From Candidatus Cloacimonadales bacterium (lineage in GTDB: Bacteria > Cloacimonadota > Cloacimonadia > Cloacimonadales > JAIOQZ01): a stretch of 64,000 bases of DNA. The DNA lies in the NCBI GenBank assembly GCA_963674825.1, contig OY771587.1, positions 1,568,001 through 1,632,000 on the forward strand. Reading direction: 5' to 3'. A program made the position numbers and the translations under genes. Under the pieces are notes generated by a model that ran no database searches, was not told the origin of the DNA, and saw nothing but the letters and a program-made list of their open reading frames with translations. This document shows positions 1 to 10,512 of this stretch, in pieces. Positions within the stretch are counted from its first letter, which is position 1. Each line of letters begins with the position of its first letter.

Positions 1-3000
1 ACGGCATCGTAATAGTGGAACCGAACACGAAGCTCGTCGTTGGCATACGCGGTGATATCGATACTCTGGTGGTCGGGGGATGTCCAGCTACCAACATCGG
101 CAGAACCAGAAGCCCAAATATTGTTCCAGGTTGAACCATCCCAGATATCCACATCAGCCTGTTCATCGCCGTAACCGGTAATATAATGGAAATAATGATC
201 GAAATCGAGGATCAGATTCGTGTAGCCGGTACAATCGATAGCCGGAGAAATGAGTTCTTCGTCCATTGTCACGCCTTCACCTGCACCATCGCTATCTACA
301 AACGCGAATGGCGTTCCGTCCAGGGTGCTGGATGTTCCGTAGGCTGTTGTATAAACCCAGGTATCGGTTGTGCTTCCGCCATCGACAACTGTCCAGGTAG
401 TTGGAATACTGGAATCGAAGGTTTCATTGAGCAGATCATTGCGATTACGTCCACCCGTCGCGAATGAAACGTTGTAGTTAAGCGTCACCCCACCATCGTT
501 ACCAATGGTGAGTGCGTGATCTTCTGCTTCACCGATGAGAATCGACTGTGTGAATGAGGACGGTGTATAGGTAATATCGGCCGGATTGACACCAGAACCA
601 GTTAATGCAAGATAACATGTCGGATTATCCGGATCGTTGCTGGTAATGGTGATATTATCGTTATAGCTCGTCGCCGATGTAGGTGCGAAAGTAAGGTTGT
701 AGTTAACCGAGCCACCTCCGGGAATGGCAAATCCAGCAACATTGCGCTCGTCGGGATTGCGTACTGCTGTTGCTACCGTGTATCCTATTGGTGTGCTCAT
801 TGAACCGCTGAGGTATTCGCCACCGGTGTTGGTTATCTGGAAAGACAGAACAGAGGTTTCACCAACTTCAACATTGCCAAACGCAAGCGATGTAGGCGAG
901 TAGCTGATCTGAGCAGGAACTGTTTCGGTCGGTGGGAAATTGATGAAGTCCACCCACGCACAATCAGAGCCATTGTCTTCAGAGGCGTCTTTGTTGTACG
1001 CCCACTTGAAGGTGTGGTTTCCGGATGAATTCACGTAATAACTTTCGTACGACCAATCGACTTCGCCGCACCACTGACCCTGCTGAACATCGTCGATGTA
1101 AAAACGAAGGTAATCGTAACTCGCTTCCGATGAGACTTTCTTGTAGAACGAAACGCTTCCGCTCTCGGAACAGAAAACAGTCAAAGACATGGTTGATATC
1201 TGACTGTGGGTAATCGGTCCGGACTTCGCACTGTAGGATCCAGCGTATGAATTATCACTGTCAATAGTCCATTGCGCATTTCCAGTTAATGACCAGTCCC
1301 AGGATGAGAAATCACCTGTCTCAAAATCTTCATCCGCCGGAGAGCCGGTTGTGAAGCTCCAGATGGTTCCTCCGGCATCGCCATTGCTGTTATGTGAATC
1401 GACTTTCCAGTAGTAGGTCGTATCATAGCTCAATCCGGGATTCGAAATGTATGGAGATGTCGTAGCCTGACCATCCACTATATTCCACGGAGAGCCATTG
1501 TTGGTTCCAATATATACCGTGTACGACGACGCGCCACCACCATTCGACCAGCTCAATACATTCGGGATACCGATTGTGGTAGAGCTGTTTGATGGATTTG
1601 GGTTCGTTGCTGCATTGGGTGGATCGGTTCCAAACGGAACTGCATTGATCGCTGCAAGAGCATTTACGCGACCAGCGCCGAAATCGTTATTCTTGGATGA
1701 TGCGAGAATGACTGCATTCTCTTCGAGGATTTGATCGATCTCAGCCGCCGTGAGGTTCGGGTTCTTGGAAAGCATGAGGGCGATCACACCCGCGTTACAT
1801 GGGGTCGCCATCGAGGTACCGTTCCAGCCGTCTGCGTAGCCCGAAGTATTCGCGTAGTCGAGTGATTTGATATTGTAACCGGGAGCGGAAATATCCGGGC
1901 GAATCAGGCCCAGACTGCTACCGCTGTTGTATGCGTAGTCACCATAAGCAGATTCATCTTCCCAAGTACAGGGCCCATGACTGGAGAAGTAAGCCAAATC
2001 GTCACTGCTATCGGTCGCACCGACGCAGATTACGGAAGAGAGTCCACCGGTCAGAGTCTGATCGGGGTTTAGCCATGGCGGAGGGCAATCTCCCGGTGTA
2101 CGAACGTTGTCCGGGATTGGATAGCTGCTCTGCTCGTCACCTTCGTTACCTGCCGCGACGGATGCAACCATTCCGGCTGCAAGAACGTTGTTGAAACTAT
2201 CGCGCCAGCTTTCACGATCGACACCCCAGGAGTGCTGCCAGCCAAGCGACATGCTGATGAGATCAGCGCTATGATCGACAGCGAACTGGATCGCGTTCCA
2301 TACTCCAGATTCGGTTCCGCTACCGCTGCTGTCGAGCACCTTGAGCGCCATGATCGTCGCTTCGGGAGCCACACCGGTCTGTGATCCGGCGGTTCCGTCA
2401 CCTGCGACGGTTCCGGCGCAGTGGGTTCCGTGTCCATCATCATCCATGGGATTGTTATCTACATTGATGAAATCGTATCCGTGATAGGGGTAGGAAGCGT
2501 TTGTCCACATGTGATCCTGAAGATCCTGATGGTTGTAATTTACGCCTGTATCGATAACAGCTACCGTTACGCCGCTTCCGTTGTAGCCCAGCGCCCATAC
2601 ATCGGTTGCCCCGACGTGAGAGACATTCCAGGTGATCTCGCGGGTAGCTGGTTGACCCGGAACGCGAACGCTGTTCTCGCGTTCACGATCGTCGATCATC
2701 TTGCGCATTTCATCCAGGTCTATCGATTTGACATCTGGTCGTAAAGCGATCTGGTGGATCAGTTCGGATGTCGCACGGCAGTTGATCACATTGGTGATCC
2801 AGAGGGCGTTGATATCGCTGACTCTGCTGGTTGTGGATTTCAGCTGGCTCATCAGACCCGACTGGTGATAGCTCGCGAATGCCTTGAGCTCAGAAACCAC
2901 ATAATCTCGTTTCTGGGCCTTTGTCATTCCGCGGGTCGCCTGATACAGCTCCTGCACGTCGTATTGGTCCGTCATTCGGATGTTGATTTGAAGCAGATCG

Positions 3001-3110
3001 GTTTTGTCGGCAGATTTCATCGCTTCCAAAAGCTGATCGGTAATCGTTGCCGCCGAGAGCGACATCGAGATGAGGATCATGATTAAAACAAACAAGCGCT
3101 TGCAATTCAT
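1..3110 (-). CDS. Secreted multidomain S8 (subtilisin-like) serine protease, partial (C-terminus runs off the window start)
   Basis: Not in the ORF track because it has no stop codon in the window. My translation from ATG at 3110 (GGAG SD upstream) gives a signal peptide MNCKRLFVLIMILISMSLSA, a propeptide, and the triad motifs VAVIDTG, GHGTHCAG and NGTSMATP plus AAGN. These are followed by Fn3-like (YYWKVD), adhesin-like (EDFETGDF; NETFDSSIP) and Ig-like (SLAFGNVEVG...ITSNDP) segments. Confidence 0.9.
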   Translation of the reverse strand, partial: MNCKRLFVLIMILISMSLSAATITDQLLEAMKSADKTDLLQINIRMTDQYDVQELYQATRGMTKAQKRDYVVSELKAFASYHQSGLMSQLKSTTSRVSDINALWITNVINCRATSELIHQIALRPDVKSIDLDEMRKMIDDRERENSVRVPGQPATREITWNVSHVGATDVWALGYNGSGVTVAVIDTGVNYNHQDLQDHMWTNASYPYHGYDFINVDNNPMDDDGHGTHCAGTVAGDGTAGSQTGVAPEATIMALKVLDSSGSGTESGVWNAIQFAVDHSADLISMSLGWQHSWGVDRESWRDSFNNVLAAGMVASVAAGNEGDEQSSYPIPDNVRTPGDCPPPWLNPDQTLTGGLSSVICVGATDSSDDLAYFSSHGPCTWEDESAYGDYAYNSGSSLGLIRPDISAPGYNIKSLDYANTSGYADGWNGTSMATPCNAGVIALMLSKNPNLTAAEIDQILEENAVILASSKNNDFGAGRVNALAAINAVPFGTDPPNAATNPNPSNSSTTIGIPNVLSWSNGGGASSYTVYIGTNNGSPWNIVDGQATTSPYISNPGLSYDTTYYWKVDSHNSNGDAGGTIWSFTTGSPADEDFETGDFSSWDWSLTGNAQWTIDSDNSYAGSYSAKSGPITHSQISTMSLTVFCSESGSVSFYKKVSSEASYDYLRFYIDDVQQGQWCGEVDWSYESYYVNSSGNHTFKWAYNKDASEDNGSDCAWVDFINFPPTETVPAQISYSPTSLAFGNVEVGETSVLSFQITNTGGEYLSGSMSTPIGYTVATAVRNPDERNVAGFAIPGGGSVNYNLTFAPTSATSYNDNITITSNDPDNPTCYLALTGSGVNPADITYTPSSFTQSILIGEAEDHALTIGNDGGVTLNYNVSFATGGRNRNDLLNETFDSSIPTTWTVVDGGSTTDTWVYTTAYGTSSTLDGTPFAFVDSDGAGEGVTMDEELISPAIDCTGYTNLILDFDHYFHYITGYGDEQADVDIWDGSTWNNIWASGSADVGSWTSPDHQSIDITAYANDELRVRFHYYDA

Positions 3111-3140
3111 TCCCTGCTCCTTTGTAGTGTATTGATTTTC

Positions 3141-3401
3141 TTATGATTGTTTACTTGTATTGAAGAATCTCGAGAGTTGCTTGCGAACCTCTTCCGGGAG
3201 TGTATGCCAGCGAACCCTGCGGACAGCGCCTTCGAGGGCGTAGAGGCGCGTGAGACACGAGTCAGGTTCATTTGCCTGTAAACGCTGAAAAGCCTGGCGA
3301 CTTCCGAGGCGGTCAAGGTCTTCGATCGATTCGATTCCGGCTTCATTCAGGGCTTGCTCAAGCTTTCGGCCGATATTGGGTAAACGCTGAAGATCTCCCA
3401 T
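3141..3401 (-). CDS. TfoX/Sxy C-terminal domain protein
   Basis: LPNIGRKLEQALNEAGI...LYALEGAV...W..L pattern typical of TfoX_C; ATG at 3401 preceded by GGGAG. Confidence 0.85.
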   Translation of the reverse strand: MGDLQRLPNIGRKLEQALNEAGIESIEDLDRLGSRQAFQRLQANEPDSCLTRLYALEGAVRRVRWHTLPEEVRKQLSRFFNTSKQS

Positions 3402-3432
3402 AACTCTCCCCATTAACACAATTTAGTTCTCT

Positions 3433-3461
3433 ATTATGGTTTATACGTGCGCTTTTGTCAA
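3433..3461 (-). promoter_or_regulatory. sigma70-type promoter for the tfoX-like/S8 genes
   Basis: Minus strand TTGACA-17 nt-CATAAT just upstream of the tfoX-like start. Confidence 0.6.
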
Positions 3462-3561
3462 TAAAAAGATTTTGATTCCCAATAGACCCACCTATGGCCA
3501 ATAATACAAATCGTTAATAGAATAATCTGAACACAATCCCACATTTAACGAATTAAAATAT

Positions 3562-3590
3562 TTGACAGCAAATGCTTTCCTGTGTATAAA
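3562..3590 (+). promoter_or_regulatory. sigma70-type promoter for the patatin gene
   Basis: TTGACA-17 nt-TATAAA, about 75 nt upstream of ATG 3667. Confidence 0.65.
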
Positions 3591-3666
3591 CAGCTATACA
3601 AGGTCGCTATACGACACAAACAATAACAAACGGAACATTACGAGTGTACAGCACATTGGAGGAACC

Positions 3667-4698
3667 ATGGCCGTTCAATTTAGGTCTGTCGTTTTCGAAG
3701 GCGGTGGCGTCAAGGGGATCGCTTACGTGGGTGCTTTCCAGGTTTTTTCGCAACGCGGATACCTGGATCATATTGATCGTGTCGGAGGGACGAGTGCCGG
3801 CGCGATAAACGCACTGCTATACAGCCTGGGGTACACGATCCCGGAACAATTCGAAATCCTCGCTTCTACCGACTTCAAGAATTTCATGGATGACTCCTTT
3901 GGGTTTATACGGGATTTCAAACGCCTCTGGAGTGAATTCGGATGGAACAAAGGAGACTTCTTCACCGAGTGGATTGGCAAGCTGATCCAGAAGAAACTCG
4001 GGTCACCTAAGGCAACGTTTCAAGACCTGAAAAACGCAGGGTATCCCGATCTCTATGTAATCGGAACCAATCTTTCTACCGGCTATTCAGAAGTATTCTC
4101 GGTAGAGCGTCTCCCCGATATGCCCATCGCAAAAGCAATCAGGATCAGCATGTCTATACCCTTATTCTTCCGAGCCGTACGATATGGAGAAAGAAATGAC
4201 GTGTACGTCGATGGCGGTGTCCAGCGCAACTATCCGGTCAAGCTGTTCGACAGACTTAAATACATCGATTCGGCGGAAAAAGATGAAGCTGCGCGCTACG
4301 TTGACTACTACAACAAAGAAAACGCATCCTTTTTACTGAACAAGCCCGACCAAAGTCCATACATATACAACAAGCAAACCCTGGGGATGAGGCTCGATAC
4401 CAAGGAGGACATCGCACTCTTCCGATACAACGAACCGTTGAAGGGAAAGGAAATCAAAACGTTTCCCCAATATGCTCAAAGGCTGATATCCGCCCTAATG
4501 AAAACCCAGGAAAATCAACACCTGCATAGCGACGACTGGCATCGGACCGTATATATCAATACCCTCGATGTGGGAACGACCGACTTCGATCTCTCCGATG
4601 AAACTAAGCAACAACTGGTCAAGCAGGGTATCGAGGGAGCAGAGACCTACCTCAAGTGGTTCGAAGACCCAAGCGAAAATCCACTCAACCGCATATAG
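3667..4698 (+). CDS. Patatin-like phospholipase
   Basis: EGGGVKG oxyanion loop, GTSAG nucleophile and DGG catalytic Asp; ATG 3667 preceded by GGAGG. Confidence 0.92.
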   Translation: MAVQFRSVVFEGGGVKGIAYVGAFQVFSQRGYLDHIDRVGGTSAGAINALLYSLGYTIPEQFEILASTDFKNFMDDSFGFIRDFKRLWSEFGWNKGDFFTEWIGKLIQKKLGSPKATFQDLKNAGYPDLYVIGTNLSTGYSEVFSVERLPDMPIAKAIRISMSIPLFFRAVRYGERNDVYVDGGVQRNYPVKLFDRLKYIDSAEKDEAARYVDYYNKENASFLLNKPDQSPYIYNKQTLGMRLDTKEDIALFRYNEPLKGKEIKTFPQYAQRLISALMKTQENQHLHSDDWHRTVYINTLDVGTTDFDLSDETKQQLVKQGIEGAETYLKWFEDPSENPLNRI

Positions 4699-4712
4699 TG
4701 AGGACGGGTACC

Positions 4713-5546
4713 ATGAAGCAACTGCTAATAATCATTGTCGCTCTTGTTCTTTTACTTTGCGCATGCGCCAAGAGCGAGCGTCCTGCCAATGAAGGCCCAA
4801 CACGAAGCCCTGCGGGTAAGCCTGAAGAAGGTGTGATTGATCCAGAAGGAGAAACATCTGTCCAAGCCTCTCAAGCAACAATGGGAGAATCCGCAGGAGC
4901 ATCCGCTAGACCATCCAGTACGCCGCCCGTCTGTGGTGCTATGCCTATCGAGTCTGACGAGTACACCGTCTACATGGCAGCAGACACGCTCCTGACAATC
5001 CCCGGATCACCCGGAAGACTACTTTTCTCCATCGGCTACCCGGAGCACCATCCGTCCTTTCTCGACATGGAAGGCCTTGGTCACGATAGCGCAACATTTG
5101 CAGCAAGAGGTATCTATGCCCGAATCGTTATCACGGCCCCTGCTTTCGAACTTTTTTTCGGCACGAAGAAGCTCGAGGACAACACCATAATCGTCCCGGT
5201 TGATTCAACCGGTTCGGAAGTGCTTCTAACGATCGTCCCCACCCAAAAGGGAGACTCCGAAATTCACGCCACGATATACATGCACAACCTGCCGGATTGC
5301 AGCGATCCCGGCGTTCCGAAAGTACCTCCCGTACTGAGAATCAAGGTTGAGGTCGATCACATGCAACGGCTGTGTGATCACGTTCAGGAGATGTTGGATA
5401 TCGCCTGGGAAAAGTTCCTCAAATTCTGGGGAGCGTTTGTCGCGTTCATCCTTGGACTCGCGTTCTACATCATTCGAAAGAAAGTAAAAGCAAAGACCGG
5501 TTATTCAGATGAAAATAGTCAGGGAGGTGACGAGAACCAGCAATAA
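4713..5546 (+). CDS. Hypothetical lipoprotein with C-terminal transmembrane helix
   Basis: MKQLLIIIVALVLLLCAC lipobox-like signal; low-complexity linker; C-terminal FWGAFVAFILGLAFYII followed by RKKVK. Confidence 0.7.
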   Translation: MKQLLIIIVALVLLLCACAKSERPANEGPTRSPAGKPEEGVIDPEGETSVQASQATMGESAGASARPSSTPPVCGAMPIESDEYTVYMAADTLLTIPGSPGRLLFSIGYPEHHPSFLDMEGLGHDSATFAARGIYARIVITAPAFELFFGTKKLEDNTIIVPVDSTGSEVLLTIVPTQKGDSEIHATIYMHNLPDCSDPGVPKVPPVLRIKVEVDHMQRLCDHVQEMLDIAWEKFLKFWGAFVAFILGLAFYIIRKKVKAKTGYSDENSQGGDENQQ

Positions 5547-5618
5547 GCATGACCAGGAAACAAGACAAATTAATGTTAACAGGAATATATCATCCGTCAG
5601 GAGGACTTACCATTAAGC

Positions 5619-6188
5619 ATGCAAATGGACTACATCATCACCACCGAAAGATTACTGATACGGCTCGCACAACCGGACGACCGGGACATTGTTCTGCTGC
5701 ACCGGCTGTGGAACGACCCCGCCGTTATGCAATTCGTTGGATTTCCCCAGGGACTGTTCATCGCTCGTGATGAGCTAAGGAAACAGCTCACGATCGATCG
5801 CGATGATCCCTTCAATCGCGTGTTAATAGTTGAACGCAAAACCGACGGCATCGTCATTGGCCAATGCAAGCTGGGTGGCGTTAACGATGACAACATAGCC
5901 CATACGGATGTAAAGTTGCTGCCCGAATTCCAGGGAATGGGCTACGGCACAGAGATCAAGCAGGCGCTACTCGATTACCAGTTTACCCACACCGATTGCC
6001 GCGCCGTGGAAGGATCACCCAACAAGGACAATATCGCGTCGATCCGCATGCAGGAGAAGGTGGGTGGTGTCGTCGTGTACGAAGGAATCTTCAAGGCTCC
6101 TCCCCAAAGCGATATCCCTCGCTGTGATGTCCCATACCTGCTTTACCATGTTTCACGGGAAACCTGGCAGAAGAACCGGATCACTTGA
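5619..6188 (+). CDS. GNAT N-acetyltransferase (RimJ/RimL-like)
   Basis: TERLLIR N-terminus, PEFQGMGYGTE acetyl-CoA motif, NIASIRMQEKVG. Confidence 0.85.
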   Translation: MQMDYIITTERLLIRLAQPDDRDIVLLHRLWNDPAVMQFVGFPQGLFIARDELRKQLTIDRDDPFNRVLIVERKTDGIVIGQCKLGGVNDDNIAHTDVKLLPEFQGMGYGTEIKQALLDYQFTHTDCRAVEGSPNKDNIASIRMQEKVGGVVVYEGIFKAPPQSDIPRCDVPYLLYHVSRETWQKNRIT

Positions 6189-6355
6189 ATGCCAAACGAT
6201 TTCTTGATCTCCTAACTCATTCTGGTTCTTTCATTCAAATACACGAAGGTGAGGTATCCCTTAAATCCACTTCACGAAAATATTAATTGCCACAAAATGG
6301 ACTTTTCTGAAATTTTACCTGAAGATATGCGTTATATACTCGATAAGGAGGATTC

Positions 6356-9300
6356 ATGTCCCTAAAAACGTATTGGGCACTATTGATTTTGCTTGTCGCG
6401 ACAATATTGTCGAGCATGCCGCCACACCCGCTCAAGCAGGATAACTCCGCCTATCCGGGCTATTCATCCCTGCGCAATGGAGTTAACGCCGGCAGGTCGC
6501 GCGTTGATGCGATTCCGCAGACGGTTCTGGCGATTATGGTTGAATTCGACGACGTGAAGTTCGACGACGAGGCCGATTACCCGGATTATCTCGTCCATGA
6601 TTCAACCTATGTCGATGCGGCGATCCGGCACCTCCAGGAGTATTGGCAAGACGCCTCCCATGGAGCGTATATCTTCAATTACGACGTATATGACCGCATT
6701 ACACTTTCAAAAAACATGAGTTACTATGGTGATGACGATCACTCCGAACGCACCGTCGAGATGGTCGAGGAAATGATTGACGCACTCGATCCAAATGTCG
6801 ATTTCAATTCTTACGACGCTTACATCATTTTTCACGCCGGAGCCGGGCAGGAATCGGATATCTATGACGCTAACGCCGGCACCATCTGGAGTACTTTCGT
6901 AAACTACTGGGATTTGAAAGAATATTATGATCCCGACGATGAGAATCCCGATTTTCAGGGTAACCCTACCGACGACGGGTGCTATATGGTTGAATTCTCG
7001 ATAGTGCCGGAAAGCCAGTGGCAAGTTGGTTTCGATGAAGACGATCCTATTCTGGGAATCCTTGGTGTGTTGGCACATGAATTCGGTCATCAACTCGGCC
7101 TCCCGACTCTTTACGACAATTACTCGGGAAACGGCAGATCTTCCGGTATTGGTAACTTCGGCGTAATGGGAACCGGTGCCTGGAACGCGCTTGGTTACGT
7201 TCCCCCCATGCCCTGCGCATGGAGTCGTTGCTATCTCGGTTGGGAAACGCCGATCGAGATCACCGAAAATTTCGCTGACGCACAGGTCGATTATATTCTG
7301 TCACAAGAGACCGGCACAACCCGCGTTTATAAGATTCCAATCACCGACAAAGAATACTTCCTGATCGAGAATCGGCAGCAAAACCCAGACAACAGCGTAT
7401 CGCAGGCGACCGGCGAACCGAGCTTCACCTTCCCGTTGCTCGCAGAAGGGCAGGATTATTACCCCGAAGGTCACCCAAACGCCGGCGACCCGAAATTCAA
7501 TATGATCAAGAATTCCTACCTCGGTTGCGAATGGGACTTCTATCTTCCCGGATATGGCGGACCCGAAGTTCCGGTAACCGATCCCAATTCCGGACAGACC
7601 TCGAACGAGATTATCGACGGCTCGGGAATTCTTATCTGGCACATCGACGAATATGTGATCGAAGCCAACTTCACGCCCGATTTCGAATACAACACCGTCA
7701 ACGCCACCGCGAAGCACAAGGGCGTCGATCTCGAAGAGGCCGACGGTGTTCAGCACATGGACTCCTACTATCCCGACCCGTGCCGTACCGGCTCACCCCG
7801 TGACGCCTTTCGCGAAGATAACAACACCTATTTCGGCCTGTCCGTTAATCCCGAGACCGGCCTTAACTCGCTTCCAACAGCTGAAAGCTACTACGGTGGC
7901 TCATCAGTGGAAGTGCTCGATATCGGCCCATCCGATCTGGTCATGCAGTTCTCGGTGCGATTCGAATGGAATCTCGATACCGGTTACGCCGGTGGCAATC
8001 CATTTGGAGCGCAGGTTGGCGACTTCGATGAAGACGGCAATCTCGAGATTTTCTATCCCATGCCGGACGGTGAGCTCTATTTCTGGCGTAACGACGAACG
8101 CCTTGTTGGTGGCGGATTCCCGGACGACGCGGAATTCCAGGGATCAATAGACCAGATTTACGCCTACGACGAACTGACCGATACTTTTATCATTCCGGGG
8201 ACAATCAACAACGGTCCCGCTTACACATACATCTTCACCCCGCGCGATTCGACGGATATCAACATCGAGGTATTCAGTGGGAAGAGCTGGGCAAGCCATC
8301 CGGTAGTCCTTCCCGAAGCGATAAACGGCTGCAAAGCGCTTCTGCCATTACACAGTGCGGACGGGCTGGAAATCCAGATCATGAATAACAGCTGGAACAT
8401 CGTGGATACGTGGAATGAAGCTGACTCGCTGAAATCAAACCTGATCTACGACGATGATGTGCAGAAGATCGTCAGCTTCCATCACCCGGTAGATGGCAAC
8501 TGGTTCATGCGTACCCGCATGCTTGCCGATCCATTTAATCCCAGTGATATAGCAATCGATGAACTGTCCGACGTGGAAACACTGCTCTACGCCCTCAGCG
8601 CTGACATCGATCCATCGGTCAACGGAAACGAAATCATACTGCTCAGTTCGGATTACCGTCTCTTTCTTCTTGACGAAAACGGAAACGTGTTGCCAAATTT
8701 CCCATTGATGCTTCCGGAATCCGCATATGGCTGTCCGACCATGGCAGACGTTGATATCAACGGCACGCTGGACATGGTTCTCGGCGCGGAAAACTTCATT
8801 CTGGTCGCAGGATATAACGGCGAGATACTCAATGCTCCCATTCAGGAGATCGAGCTGGCCGATACCCTCGGTATCGCAGGTCAGGTAATTGCTGTGAATC
8901 TCGACAACGACGACGAGCTCGAGATTCTGGGCAATCTTTCGCTGAACAGATTCTGCGTGTTCGGCGAATATTACGCGATTGAGGAATCGAAGTCATATAG
9001 CAGCCGTAGCCGTAATTGCCCGGTTCTCGCACCTGACGGAGCAGGAGGAATCACGGCGTATATTCCGTCCGATTACGGCAGAATATTCCGCTATGACTTC
9101 CCGAACGCGGATGCAGACATACTGGAAGATGTGGTTTGGAACAGCGAATACGGTAATACCTACCGAACCGGAAGCTGGATCGGTGATCCTGTCGAAGCTC
9201 CACCTGCGTCCAGCAAGTTGTTCGGAGACGTCTACATTTTCCCGAATCCGGTGAACGATGTCTATCCGAACGATCCGACACTGAACATCGGTGTAACACG

Positions 9301-9496
9301 TGATGTGGAAGTGAAAGTCCGCATGTACGACATCGCTGGCAACCTGGTCTATAACCATTCGGCGCTTTGCAATGCGAATATGCCGAATCGTGATAAATTC
9401 TTCATCAAGGCGTCGAAGCTCTCTTCAGGGCTCTATTTCATTATTGTTGAAGCGGATGGAGACATCAAGAAACTGAAATTCGGAGTTGAGAAATAG
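6356..9496 (+). CDS. Secreted M6 family (immune inhibitor A-like) metalloprotease with FG-GAP-like repeats and a T9SS-A/FlgD-like C-terminal domain
   Basis: Signal peptide; IIFHAGAG; HEFGHQLGLP zinc motif; EYFLIENRQ; GILIWHIDE; DxDxDG-type repeats; tail YIFPNP...YDIAGNLV...SGLYFI. Confidence 0.88.
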   Translation: MSLKTYWALLILLVATILSSMPPHPLKQDNSAYPGYSSLRNGVNAGRSRVDAIPQTVLAIMVEFDDVKFDDEADYPDYLVHDSTYVDAAIRHLQEYWQDASHGAYIFNYDVYDRITLSKNMSYYGDDDHSERTVEMVEEMIDALDPNVDFNSYDAYIIFHAGAGQESDIYDANAGTIWSTFVNYWDLKEYYDPDDENPDFQGNPTDDGCYMVEFSIVPESQWQVGFDEDDPILGILGVLAHEFGHQLGLPTLYDNYSGNGRSSGIGNFGVMGTGAWNALGYVPPMPCAWSRCYLGWETPIEITENFADAQVDYILSQETGTTRVYKIPITDKEYFLIENRQQNPDNSVSQATGEPSFTFPLLAEGQDYYPEGHPNAGDPKFNMIKNSYLGCEWDFYLPGYGGPEVPVTDPNSGQTSNEIIDGSGILIWHIDEYVIEANFTPDFEYNTVNATAKHKGVDLEEADGVQHMDSYYPDPCRTGSPRDAFREDNNTYFGLSVNPETGLNSLPTAESYYGGSSVEVLDIGPSDLVMQFSVRFEWNLDTGYAGGNPFGAQVGDFDEDGNLEIFYPMPDGELYFWRNDERLVGGGFPDDAEFQGSIDQIYAYDELTDTFIIPGTINNGPAYTYIFTPRDSTDINIEVFSGKSWASHPVVLPEAINGCKALLPLHSADGLEIQIMNNSWNIVDTWNEADSLKSNLIYDDDVQKIVSFHHPVDGNWFMRTRMLADPFNPSDIAIDELSDVETLLYALSADIDPSVNGNEIILLSSDYRLFLLDENGNVLPNFPLMLPESAYGCPTMADVDINGTLDMVLGAENFILVAGYNGEILNAPIQEIELADTLGIAGQVIAVNLDNDDELEILGNLSLNRFCVFGEYYAIEESKSYSSRSRNCPVLAPDGAGGITAYIPSDYGRIFRYDFPNADADILEDVVWNSEYGNTYRTGSWIGDPVEAPPASSKLFGDVYIFPNPVNDVYPNDPTLNIGVTRDVEVKVRMYDIAGNLVYNHSALCNANMPNRDKFFIKASKLSSGLYFIIVEADGDIKKLKFGVEK

Positions 9497-9555
9497 TGAC
9501 TTACATACAGAAATACAACGATAGCGATAAAAGGATGAAAACCATGGGAGGTTCC

Positions 9556-10473
9556 ATGAGGAAATATATTGTGTTGGGAATCGCGCTGCTTGCGTTGATC
9601 CCTCTGTTCGCGGACAGCAATGGCAAAGTGGATGGAAAAGCCGGCGAATACGGCTTCCAGATGCTCAAGATACCCACGAGCGTCTCGGTTGCGGGTATGG
9701 GCGGAACCGGCGCGTTTTACGCTGAAGACGCTTTCGCCACCAAAGCACACCCCACTGCCGGCGTAATCAATCGCGCACAGAACATTTCACTGGCATCCAA
9801 CCAGTGGATCTTCGACACTCAGATGACAAACCTGGGCGTTAATAATTCTGACGGCAAGACTTCAATCGGACTGACCCTGCGCTACCTTGATTACGGTGAA
9901 TTCGAAAACCGCGACGACCAGGCCGTTCTTACAGGCAACTACCACCCGATGGACATGGATATCATGGTAAACTACGGCTTTCGCATCCATCCGAATCACT
10001 ACGCCGGCGTTAATGTCAGCCTGCTCTACGAAAAGATTAATACCGCCTCAAGTTATGGCTTTTCGACAGACGTTGGATACACCTGGCTCACCCCTCTGAA
10101 GGGAATGAAGCTCTATACGACAGTAAAAAACCTCGGTATGACCTCCGAAATGGAAAACGAAGACATCAACCTTCCGGTCGGCTACGAACTCGGTGCAGCC
10201 AAGGAATTCGACCTCAATACATTCACGCTTCAGAGCGATGTACGTTTTATTAAATATGAGGATGACGATAACATCAAGGCCAACGTCGGTGTGGCAGCAA
10301 TCCTGATGGATATCCTGCGCCTGCGTGCCGGTTACAAGATCAACTACGACATCGAAGACGTAAGCGCCGGCATCGGTATCCACTGGAAAGGCTTCGGCGT
10401 CGATTACACCTGGATTCCGATCAAGGAAGAGATCGGCGATGTCCATATGATCGGCCTCAGCTACGACTTTTAA
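9556..10473 (+). CDS. PorV/PorQ-family outer-membrane beta-barrel protein
   Basis: Signal peptide; N-terminal FQMLKIPTSVSVAGMGG resembles the PorV/FadL-like plug motif; amphipathic beta strands; C-terminal Phe (SYDF); ATG 9556 with GGAGG. Confidence 0.7.
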   Translation: MRKYIVLGIALLALIPLFADSNGKVDGKAGEYGFQMLKIPTSVSVAGMGGTGAFYAEDAFATKAHPTAGVINRAQNISLASNQWIFDTQMTNLGVNNSDGKTSIGLTLRYLDYGEFENRDDQAVLTGNYHPMDMDIMVNYGFRIHPNHYAGVNVSLLYEKINTASSYGFSTDVGYTWLTPLKGMKLYTTVKNLGMTSEMENEDINLPVGYELGAAKEFDLNTFTLQSDVRFIKYEDDDNIKANVGVAAILMDILRLRAGYKINYDIEDVSAGIGIHWKGFGVDYTWIPIKEEIGDVHMIGLSYDF

Positions 10474-10512
10474 CACCAACGCACCCCGAATCACTCAATA
10501 AAAGGAGATTTC

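Noticed and set aside
3667..4698. Patatin as a CBASS CapV effector
   Set aside because: No CD-NTase or other CBASS gene nearby.
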